DNA of 60,392 bases, the filler included, from Diploschistes diacapsis (taxonomy: Eukaryota): NCBI GenBank assembly GCA_023645945.1. It is 11 parts of 11 records of this genome, joined end to end, with 100 filler letters (N's around TTAATTAATTAA, not from the genome) between each part and the next. Parts side by side here need not be neighbours in the genome. Positions count along the whole stretch, not along the records: positions 11,063 to 16,485 come from JALAIB010001552.1; positions 16,586 to 21,996 come from JALAIB010001553.1; positions 22,097 to 27,498 come from JALAIB010001554.1; 8 more parts are not named here. One strand, written 5' to 3'. The position numbers and the translations under genes were made by a program. Positions 11,507-22,426 of the stretch are shown one piece after another (position 1 is the stretch's first letter; each line of letters begins with the position of its first letter). The notes beneath the pieces were generated by a model that was given only the letters and a program-made list of their open reading frames with translations, did no database searches and had not been told where the DNA came from.

Positions 11507-12640
11507 TCACAATGGCAACGGGGGAGTTGACGCTGTTGCTTTCGGCCGTGTGGGGTTTTTTGATGGTGATGAAGACGAAGGAAGAGTCCATCTTGATAAT
11601 CCGGCCGCAGATATCCCTTCGCCTTCTGTCCAGCAGGATGTGCCGCGCTGGTGTTCGCGGTTGGGGTGGCGGTAACTGTGTTTACACTTCTGCTAGTGTT
11701 AATCGTAGCTGTTTTTTGGCTGTTTTCTAAATGGGGAGGAAGGAAGTCTTTGTTTTGAGGGAAGGAGATATGAGATTGAGGAAGGAGGGGGAGAAGGGGG
11801 GAACAAGGGGTAAATGGCGTACGGGAACGTAGGCATTCGTCTTAGATGATGGTGGGCTTGTAGTTGTAGCCGCGGCGGAGGGGGCCACGGTAATAGTGTT
11901 CTGAGGACTTATGGGTGGTTGCTGAGTATTTGCTGTTGCTTCGCTGTAAGGCGGTGGTGGATGCAGTGGTGGCATTGGCGATTCGCCTCGTTCTTCATCG
12001 GGAAGTCGTGGCATGGCTGCCTCTTCGTCTTTTGTTGCCTGTAATGGCCCAGAAGAAACGGTATATAGAGAAAAGCAGGCGATACAATGAACACCGATGA
12101 ACCGGTGATTCAATTCAACCAAAGCAGAACTGTTGGAATCAAACCGCAAGGAACAGCTTATAACGTGTGCTTCAAGATACAACCAGCAACAAGACCGACG
12201 AACAGCAGAGGGAGGGGAGGCTGGATGAAGGACAGCAGGTTGGAAAACAGTATCATACGCAGCAGCGAGAGATTTGAAGCGAGTATATAATAAAGCAAGG
12301 CTTCAACATCTAGAACTAGATATTCACCGTACACACAAGGTGGATGGGACTTGACGAGGCTTAGTGACTGAGCAAGCCAGGTCGATACGCTGAGATGTCC
12401 CACTCTTCTCAAGCAAGAAATCATGCTAGGCAGCCCCCAACACGACTCAACCTAAGGATCGAAGGACTTGGCTTCCTTTGGTATTCTACAAAAAGCTGTT
12501 GAGCTTTTAATCTGCATCGAAAAGACAAGACAGCCGCCTCGATGTATAGAGTGCATATATACTGTCTGAACAGAAGCTGTCCGGCCAAGAAAAACCAATA
12601 CACCCTTTCGAAAAGTCTGCTCAGGAACTAGAAGTACGGA

Positions 12641-13863
12641 ATGATGGAGAACAGAGTCAACGTCTCCCTCGCGCACGAGAACGAGGCACGTCGACAGGCC
12701 GAGGAGGCAGAAGCAGCGGCAGCAACAGAAGCAGCGGCAGTAGAGCCAGAGCCAGAGCCAGAGCCAGCGGCAGAGGAGCCAGTGGCAGAGGAAGAGCTGG
12801 AGCCAGTGGCAGAGCCAGAGACAGCCAGCACGCCGACCAGACTCCTCGCCTCCTCTCTTGATCCCTTCACCGCTAACCCACAGCGCTCGTCCTCCCTTTT
12901 CACCACCATCCCACCCGAGATCCGCAATAACATATTTCGCCACGCGCTACAGGCCCAGCCGGACGCCTCCTCGCCTTACCCGGAAGGCTCATTCTACTAC
13001 CGCCCGGGCCACTTCTGCGTAAGCACGATTTCGCTTGCCCTCCTGCTGACCTGTCGGCGCGTGTACCTCGAGGCGACGCTGCTAGCGTGCGAGCAGAATC
13101 CGCTGTACTACTGGTGGGGCCGGCCGCCGCCGTCGCGGCCCGCGATGGCAAACCCGGTGCTGCAGCTGCGCCAGCTGTCGCCGGAGCAGCGTGCGCTCAC
13201 CACAGTGCACGTCTTCGTGCAGCAGTACGCGTTGGAGGACAACTTGCGCAACGTCCTGCTGCATCCGGATTTCCGCCCCGCTATCCCGCAACTCACCCTT
13301 CGGCACGGCGACTGGTGGTTCTGGAAAACAACGAGCTACTGGGGCTGGATGCGCGGAGTGCCGGGCGGGCCTACGCGGGCTACTATCGGCGCACGGACGA
13401 GGGCTTCGAGGACGGGTCGTGGGGCAAGGCGCTTTGCGCGGTGACGAGCTTGCGCAAGTTCGTGCTCGAGCTGGAGACGCTGCAGAGCAAACGCGCGGAG
13501 TTGGACGAAATTGTGCAGGCAGCTACCGGATGGGAATTCCCGCTCGCGGACGGCAGCGCGAGATTGGTATGTGACGAGGCGGCGAAGGAGGTCAGCAAGT
13601 GGAAGGGCATCGATCGATTCTATGAACTGCAGAACGACTGGCGTGGTGCTCTTGCGCCCGCTGCGCCGGATGAGGGGACACCTGCGCCTCCAACTTTGGA
13701 CTACCACGTGGTGAAGTTGACGTGGAGACGTAGGGCAATGGAGACATCGCAAAAGCCGCCGAACGGAGTCTGCTGCGTCAGTAGACGAATTAAAGAAGGT
13801 AGGCCAGAATCCTTTTACCTGTCTCATTATCTGATTCCCTCAGCATCCTCTGGTTCAGTGTGA
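12641..13863 (+). pseudogene. Conserved fungal hypothetical protein with F-box-like motif, single frameshift at ~13324 (pseudogene or sequencing error)
   Basis: LFTTIPPEIRNNIF, LLLTCRRVYLEA and LTLRHGDWWFW in one frame continue as ENNELL...LRKFVLELET..KRAELDEIV...WEFPL in another. Adding one G (TGG GAA AAC) fuses them. Confidence 0.7.
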
Positions 13864-14367
13864 ATGGCGGAAGGATTGGTTGGAATGCATTATAGACTGG
13901 GCCAGAGTATCAGCGTATAGGTGCCACAAGCCAGCAGTATAGATGGATGTAAAAGCTGTTCAATCCAATCTTGTGCGTCGAACTGAAATCCAAAGCACAG
14001 AATCTTACCCTGGCGTCGCATGTCCAGCAGTGGACCAGTTCTAAATTTAGCAGTCCCATGGACATCCTTGACGATTGAGACCGCTCTTGAAGAGCCTCGT
14101 TTTTGGCTGCCATTCCTAATACCCTCGATGCCCCCATCCTTCTACTCTTTTTGCATATTGATTTCACCGGTCCTCCTAGTTTGCCCTACCTATACTAATT
14201 TAACCTCTGGCCTACCTGTACTAATTTAACCTCTGGCTTCCCTCTTTTGTTTCCTCTCTTGACCTTTCTGTTCATCACTTTTGACTTCAAAATTTTTTAG
14301 CTTTGAAATTTCCCTTCTACTCATCTTTCGCAGCACTTCTCACATTATTTTAGCCTTTAGTACTGCT

Positions 14368-16136
14368 ATGGATATCACACAAATTTATGCTATTGCCGCG
14401 GGCGGCTTTTTTGCTATATTTTTGTTCTTCAACTTCCTTCCTTATACTGCACGCTTTAGAGAAAAGGCGTCTGTTGTTATGTCTAAGCACCTTACTTACC
14501 CATATCTTATTGATCGCCACCGAATCCTGAGTCCATGGACCCGAGCTGATATCCTTATCAAGCTGATTTATATTACAGTAAATCTCTTCTGTCTGGGCTT
14601 TCGCACGTCAACAATTTCAGAGGCCAGCCTTCGAGCGGGGACCCTCTCACTAATTAATATAACTCCACTCTTCACCGGGCCTCACCTCGGATTTCTTGCT
14701 AATATTTTTGGGTTCCCGTTGCATAAATATCAAAGACTTCACCGCTCGGCGGGGTTGATATCCTTTACATGCATCATCTTTCACGTGCTTGTTGTTTTGG
14801 CTAATGGAACGTCTTTTCCTTTATCGGTCTCTGAGCATCTATATGGACTGATAATAAGACTTCGAGCTCATTTTTATCTTAACTTAACTAATTGGACGCA
14901 GGCAGGATCATCGCTTCTTCTACTTATGCTCTCGTATCCATTCTTGCGTAGGCTATCCCACGAAGCCTTTCTTCGCATACACCAAATGTTGGCAATACTA
15001 TGTGCCTTTGCCCTTTAACGTTATCTATCGTCCAACTCGCTCTTTCCTCGATTTTATATCTATCTCGTTACTACTCTATTACTTTCTATCTCAATTCTCT
15101 AATTAGGGATTATTTTATATCGGAACGGGGCCTTCGTATATGGCTGCCCTCGAGCGTCTGTTGCCCGTATAGATAACGACGTTAAAGTCCGCATTAAGCT
15201 GTCAAGGCCGGTAAGAGTCAACCCAGGCCAGTATATCGAACTATAGATTCCTTCAGCTAGCTTCTGGTCTTTTATGCAGAGCTATCCTTTTGTAGTGACT
15301 TCTTAGACGCCTGAGAAGTTGGATTCACTTAATCTCTTTATAGAACCTCGCAAAGGGCTAAGCCGGGAACTCGTGCGTGCCGCCGATATTGATAACGAAG
15401 GCGGTACCATTAGAGCTGGCCTAGCGCTTTTCAGCGGATCACACGGAATCAGCGTTCCTGTTGGCGAGTATAAAAGCATCCTTATGATAGCTAATAGATT
15501 TAAAATAGTTTCATTTTTAGCTTATCTAAAACAGCTGGTTCATGACTATAAAGCCCGCAAGGTGCGCATTCGTCGGATTCGTATGATTTGGCAGGTATAG
15601 GTTATTGATAAGCATAACATTGGTTACCAGTCTAGTTATGGAAGCTTACGAGGATAGAGATTGCTCTTATAATAAAAACTGTACTGAACCAAATCTTAAA
15701 TGAGGACGTCTCGGACAAGATAATTCTCTATCCGTGTCGTCGCTGGCTACGCTAACGTGTATAACAGATATTATTCATTTCGATATTTTCCGCCCAGTTA
15801 AGAACGGATAAGGTGACTTTCGGACGACATGATACCGTCTATCGGGGCTTAGCACGTATGGAAGAAATCGTGCCAGAGGAAGTCAACCTAAGGGACATAA
15901 TCAATCCCGAGGTTGCACAAGTAAACGGCAATACTATTGAAAATTCCATGCTTAACGGACAGGAAAAATTGTTGATAATACGTAAAATACTTTACATATC
16001 GCTTAAATGCTAAGGCTTATCTCTATCTAATATCTGGAACCAATCAGCAGCGGGATAAAATACGAAGGCTTATACGTAAAAATTGGATGAAAGGGTGGAG
16101 TTGCTGGAAACAGAATATCAGCCCCCAGAGACATGA
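14368..16136 (+). pseudogene. Ferric reductase-like (FRE) membrane oxidoreductase, RIP-damaged
   Basis: MDITQIYAIAAGG start; transmembrane His residues (QRLHRSAG, IFHV, FLRIHQ); FAD-binding PGQYIEL*IP...QSYPFVVTS*; C-terminus ETEYQPPET*. Stops at Trp positions (15016, 15244, 15304) and a GT->AT mutated donor near 14854. Confidence 0.85.
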
Positions 16137-16185
16137 AGCTTTATAAAGTATTAAAATAGCCTAGATGTTAAAAGTTGCTCCTTTA

Positions 16186-16485
16186 TAGGCTGGCCGTTTC
16201 GTGCCACGGTCACTGACACGGACACTATAATAAAAAATTTCAAAACACGGACACTGACACGGACACTATAGTTAAAATTTTAAAACACGGACACTAACAC
16301 GGATACTATCTTTCCGTAAATCCACGAACACGGACACCGCAATTAAAAAATTTAAAACACGGACACTAACACGGACACTACAATTAAAAAATTTAAAACA
16401 CGAACACTAACACGGACACTATATTTCCGTAAATCCACTAACACGGACACTATACTACAGTAAAAACACGGAAACACTTTTTTTT
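16186..16485. mobile_element. DNA transposon terminus (hAT-like) with subterminal ACACGGACACT array
   Basis: Starts TAGGCTGGCCGTTTCGTGCCACGGTCACTGACACGGACACTA and carries about a dozen ACACGGACAC-type motifs. Homologous copy at 32768-32997; both run into contig ends. Confidence 0.75.
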
Positions 16486-16585
16486 NNNNNNNNNNNNNNN
16501 NNNNNNNNNNNNNNNNNNNNNNNNNNNNNTTAATTAATTAANNNNNNNNNNNNNNNNNNNNNNNNNNNNNNNNNNNNNNNNNNNN

Positions 16586-16752
16586 GGTGGTGGTGTTGTG
16601 GAAGGGGTGTATTTCACGGGTGATTCGCGCTCGAGGAAGGTTCGTAGGGAGGGGTCGAGCTTGCTGTAGACGTCGTCGTCGACGGCGGCGGGGTGGGAGG
16701 AGGCATTATCCGCGGAGGTTGCGTTGTCGGTGGAAGAGAAGGGCCACACCAT
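16586..16752 (-). CDS. N-terminus of a conserved fungal hypothetical protein, truncated by contig end
   Basis: MVWPFSS...DVYSKLDPSLRTFLERESPVKY resembles a motif I recall from conserved ascomycete hypothetical proteins. Confidence 0.6.
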
Positions 16753-19556
16753 CAGGCTGGATAGGGGGGGGTCAGTTCCGCAGTTGTTTCGGTTTTCGAG
16801 AGGTCGTTTGAAGGTCAATGTGTTTCGAGAAGTCGTCCGAAATCGAGTGGAAGCTCTGATTGGATGGGATGATATCGGAACCCGTTTGACGGACGGAATG
16901 CTCCGTATCGGAGGCAGTTCAGTAGATCTTATGGCTGGAGTATCGGTTACTCTCCGGCTTGTAGCTGTTTCTAGAGCCCGGGCTTCGTCAAGGCTGAGCT
17001 GGTCGCTCAAGCGCACCCTTGATGCGCTTAGAGAGTGTGTTTGCCCAAACAAAGCCTATTGGGCTCTGACCATACAAAGGAAAAGCTCGACTCAGACACA
17101 GAGGTCCATTCACTGCGGAAAAGTCGAAAAACTCGCTATCAGGGATGCCGAGGAATCGACGGGCCAGCGGCAGGTAGAGAATTAGTTAGCTCGGATCTGT
17201 TTCGGAATAAATAAGTTCCGGGTGTCCCTCACCACTTGATACAACTTGCGTGAAAGATAAGATACAAGCAAGTATCAGTGCACAAGTTTGGTTTCGTAGG
17301 CCATTTTTCATTCGAGCGCTTAAAGGGATGCTGGTATGGCCAGTGAGTTTGGATCTGAGTAGAAGCTACAGAGTACGAGAAGGGTTTACGAAGATGGATG
17401 CAGCGGGGGGAACTATTCACAGGCTAATGCTGAGGGTAAGCCAAGACGATCGAGGAATTGGTAATCCATGGCGGTAGAAGCAGAATACAAATGTTTATGC
17501 GGTACTTGCTTGGTGCCGACAATATAGATGCATTATACGAACTCGGTGATGTGATAGAGAGTCTTGGACGGAAGGACACCCCACCTGGCCAGAGGGGGCT
17601 TTCTCTTCGCTAAGCGAGCCAACTACGAATCCAGCTTCAACTCCGTTCTTCCTCTTTCGCCTCGTACCTCTTTTACTTTATCTGAAGCACCTATCATTGA
17701 TAAATAAAGGCACGGGACAACATTCAAGGACCCCTTTCGCAACGACATTGTGTTCGAGCGCTGGTTATGAAGCTCTTTCGGCGCTCGCAATCGAGCTTAT
17801 GTGATGTGATGCGCGTCATCAAAGCCCATATTAGCTTGTTTCCGGGCTGAAGGTAAGCTTATTCGCATTGCCACTAAGATTGATCATTGATAGCACGGAT
17901 ATACACCGTTGTGGTATCTCTGCGCGTCTGATATACTCTGGTACGGTGCAATCAAGTATAGCGGTCGGGGTTTAGGCGGGTTGACTGGCCATGGATATAT
18001 GTGCGGAAGGGGCAAGAATACTACCTCATCGTTTCCTCTTCTCCGTCGCCTTTCTCTCTTGTTGCTTTAAGCTTGATATAATAGCCAGGGCTTCCTCTCT
18101 ATGGCGACTGGGAGTGTCTCTATCGTGTCTCTATCGTGAGCCAACAATCTGTGCATAAGTCGTGCATAAGTCGTGCATAAGTCGTGCGTAAAACTTGCGC
18201 TTTTCTGCTATATGCGTTGATCTTGCGCACCTTCTTCTACAACCAATTTCGCGTATATATTGAGCCATTTCTGCCTGTCGATGTATACTATGCACATGGC
18301 ACGCAATAACGCGTATATAATGCAGTTGGAAGAGTGCAAAGCGACGACGCGGGGTGAGAGATGCGAGGTGACTGCGCAAAGGTGAAAAGGGTGTTGGATA
18401 TTGGATATTGGATATAACAGCCGTAGTACGTCTTTTCAAAGATCGAGTACATACATCGAGATCTAACATGGGTGTGAGAGTATCGCCGAATATCTCATTT
18501 TGCCGAGATATAAAAGTAAAACGTCCCCTTGACCCGCCGTGCCCGTTCTGGTCACCTACATTCATACTTCCTGTATGGTATATGACTGTTGCTCACTGAA
18601 ACACCGAGCAAAGCAGCTTCGCAAACCCTTGATTAATGTTTTCTGGGTTTAAACAAACTTAATCGAGCCATGGCCATTCTTCTTGAGCTGCATGGAATCT
18701 TAAGCTTCGACATGCTGCTCGAGGAAGGATAAACAATCGAGCCCGTGCCCAGGTCCTTCGTCATTCCACCAGGCAGGGAACCCCAGATGGAACCGTTTGC
18801 CCTGACCGCTTGCATGCCCTCCACCAACCACTGCTGCAATACCCTCGATACTATGCGTGCCCAATCGTCCACGTTGTCATCCACCCTAGCGGCTGGTGGT
18901 TGTCGCCATCAACTTCTCTGCTCGAGGGATCTTTCCGCATCGACCATTCCAGCCAACATGGCCCGAGTTGGAGAATAGCAGGGACGGCATCCCGCATTTT
19001 CCCTCTCTATTTGGCTATCTTGCGCTCAACGTGTGCTTCACGGTACCCACCACCCGCAGATGGAACCCTGCGGTCGATCTCCAGGTCTGTCTGTACCTTT
19101 GAATCCTCGATGAGCTCCATGTCTACAATGTGCCGTGCCGCTATCAGACTGGCTCCATCGCCGCTACCTCACCCACACCACACACCACACACCACGCACC
19201 ACACACCCACGCACCCACGCCACCACACACATGCGGTCGATGAGACATGCTTCACAATGCTAGTCAAGCCTAAAACTTGGCCGGCAGTCGATTAGCTTCA
19301 TGTGCCATGATGCAGATGCATTATCTGCCCTGGTACCGGCAGCAACTCGTTCGTGGTAAGCATGGCCGAGCCGGTGATCTCCTCTTACAAGAACTACTGC
19401 CTGGGCCCGATTTCTTCATCCTCCTGTGGTGCTCTTTTTTCTAACATAAACTGAACGTCTGCTTTTAGCGTGGGTTCAGGGCACCTGCTTTGCGCTTTCA
19501 TATACACGCTGTATACTTGCACCCTTCTCCTATAGGTCACTGACGGGAGCTTCAAC

Positions 19557-21506
19557 ATGGGTGATCGAGACTCCCTGGATAACATTCAAGAGAAAGTAAG
19601 CATTCAAAGGAACGATTCCTCGTACTTGGAATTGACTCTCCTAGTCGCCAATCGAACCGGAGGACTACGCAGGACTGCAATTGGACCCACGATTTCCGCG
19701 ACCTACCACAAACGTACGTTTTCCCTTTCAGCTGCCAGAGCCCCCCGAAATTCTGCTAACGTTATTTGCCAGGGTTGGGGGAGCGACGACGGCTTCTCGC
19801 AGAATGACCGCGAACCAGGCGCTCCGGAGCTGGTACCGACCGAGTATTCATCTCCCGTAGATAGCGAAACCTTCTACTTTCCTACGGTCACGGGCAAGGG
19901 TACTATGATGATTGCGGAAGACACGCTCGACAAAAAGGTACTCGAACGGCCAGTGGTAACCGAGCCGCAGGCTCCCGAGTCTGGCGAGGTCGATACACGA
20001 ACCCGTGGCTTCTGGAAGCGTCATTTCATCCTCCTGTGGAGCGTTGTAGTAGCAATGATTATCATTATTGCGGTGCTGGGCGGCATTTTCGGAGCGCGGA
20101 GCGCAGCGGCAACTTCTTACTCCTCATCGCCTTCTCCCTCAACGCATTCGCCCTCGTCCCCAGCCTCTGCCACGCCAGTAGCGACACAAGCTGCAGCGCC
20201 GAGTTCCATCAATGCTAACCTCCCGTAAGTTGACCCACCTTGGCACAGCCCTCAGGTCCGAAAACGATAAGACTGATTCGTCCCAAAGGCCAACCGACGT
20301 TATAGTAGCATCGTCGATTGCTCCGGTTGCCAACTATACTGGTGGTTCGGAAGGCTACAACCTGTTCTTTCAATCCGCCAATGGTCATACAAAATTCGCT
20401 TGGAAGAGCGGGTTAGAAGATTCATGGACGCCTGCGAAGTACGTTTTTAACTTTCCAAAAAAAATTCGCTGGGGTTACCCTCTAATTATTCAAAGCGCCA
20501 TCTTTACCGACGCAGTCAATGGTACTGGGTTGGCAGGCATAGCATATCCCAATACAACGACAATCAACAGCACAGTCAACAGCACAGAACCTCAGGTTAG
20601 TCCAGTATACGTTCCTTTTCTACAAGCTTTTGACACTTGTAGACATCGATATTCTATGTTCAATCGGGGGGCCTCTTCCTTGGTGAGAAAAGGGTCGATC
20701 GTGCCGGGTCTTGGCAGATGGGACCACTGGCAGGGATATCGGAAGCGGTCAGCGGAAACGCTTCTGCAGCTGGAGACGACGGATGGAACGGGTTCAAACT
20801 GACGGCCGTGTACTCTGCAAGTTTCTCGACCGGGCCAGGAGCGAGGCTCTATTTCCACCAGGCCAACAGCACCTCAAATTGGGTGCAAGAGCTAGTCTGG
20901 TTGCACAACAACGACAGCTGGGCACGCGGAAGCCAAATCTTCGGCCTGGACCCCAACGCCCATCTGTCCGCCGTCGTCGAGGCACCAAGCCAAACCCTCC
21001 GCCTGTTCTACTCGACGCCCGACAACGCCATCAAAGAATTCTGGAGCAACATCACCTCACCAACCCCAGCGTGGCAAGCCGGCGTGAACATTCCGAACAT
21101 TCTGCTCAACCCGTCCGCCCACCTCTCGGCCGTGAGCGTCGCAAACGCCACCTTCCTCTACTACTCCTCCTCCCTGTCCTCAACTTCCAACAACGTCACC
21201 ATCCGCGAACAGGCGCTCTCGCTGCTGCCCGCAACCTCGCTCCCCGCGCAAACCCCCACCATCGTGGCGCAGCCGGCCCTGCAGGCCACGGACACCGGGG
21301 GCAAGAACGCCTCGTACTTCGTGCCGCTCGGCGCCGTCGGCTCGGACGAGGACGGTTCGATCACGGTGTTCTACACCGAGGGCGCGGTCGACCCGCGGAG
21401 CGGGTACAGCGGTCTGACGAGCGTGTACAGGATGGCGGATGGCCAGTGGAGCGGTGGCGGGTCGTCGCAGAATAGGGCTGCGGTTCCGTTGGGGTATGAC
21501 GATTGA
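19557..21506 (+). CDS. Single-pass membrane protein with C-terminal fungal fucose-specific-lectin-like beta-propeller, multi-exon
   Basis: Basic residues then a transmembrane helix (FWKRHFILLWSVVVAMIIIIAVLGGIFG), a Ser/Pro/Thr linker, and repeats ARLYFHQ..WVQELVW..DSWARG and LRLFYST..IKEFW..WQAG. GT-AG introns near 19596, 19715, 20225 and 20596. Confidence 0.7.
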
Positions 21507-22426
21507 TTTAACGAGCGTTCATGTTTCATGTTTTTTAAGGAGGCCCATGATATTCATGTCTTATGTTTTTTTTTCTTCCCCTTTTTTTTTAGGAACCCTA
21601 CATGAATGAAGGCCATGGCTGTCGCCGCCGATCGGGGAGACTAGGCTGGGGCAGCGATGAAGGCGAGACAAGAACGTTAAGGTTCTAGGCACGCACGTTC
21701 ACGCTTTTTTTTTGCTGTGGAGTCCGACCTCATACCCCAGCGTCTCCCATTCTAAAGTCACGCATTAGATGCGGTAGCCCCAACGCAGGAACAAGCTTAA
21801 TTCCGAGAACCGCTCGCAAGAAGGCATGATGGATAACTTCAAATGATCTTGACCAAAACAATTCCCATCAAACTCCAATCTATAAACAACAACAAGAGAA
21901 CAACCTCCGCGGTTCCAAGCGATGCAATCAAGCAATCATTTCACTTTCCCCTCGTCAGGTTGATTTCAAATGCTTGCACACTGGCACCCACCAACCNNNN
22001 NNNNNNNNNNNNNNNNNNNNNNNNNNNNNNNNNNNNNNNNTTAATTAATTAANNNNNNNNNNNNNNNNNNNNNNNNNNNNNNNNNNNNNNNNNNNNGTGG
22101 AGATTTGGGAGTGGATGGGGTGGGAGGAAGTCGTGGCGAAGTGGGTGTCCAATGGGGACGATAGGAACGTGAAGGCGGTTTGGGTCAAGGGGAGGTTGGT
22201 TTCGGGGGGTATGGAGTGAAGCCAGCAATGGCTACTACGTTTTTCGCGTGGATGCCATGTCTCGATGACTACGGCTTGGATGACGAAAGATACAGCGTGT
22301 ACTGTGGCGCAAAACTCGGAGAAATCCCAGCTGCCAAATACAATGTTTGAAGCAAAACGTCGCCTCCAATGCCGGTCCGTGAGCATAAGTATCATACATC
22401 ATTTCCTGCGCTGCTTGACAGGCACC

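Noticed and set aside
11500..12182. Possible small spliced Pro-rich gene (MPRLPDEE...PPPPYSEA)
   Set aside because: It has a PPxY motif and a plausible intron but is low complexity with no recognisable family; insufficient support.
14368..16136. Alternative genetic code or stop readthrough explaining in-frame stops
   Set aside because: The stops are G->A/C->T derivatives accompanied by broken splice donors, and intact genes in the window use the standard code; RIP-like mutation explains them.
16186..16485. CRISPR-like repeat/spacer appearance
   Set aside because: Repeats are only 10-12 nt, the spacers are themselves repetitive A/T tracts, the context is eukaryotic and no cas genes are present; better explained as a transposon subterminal array.
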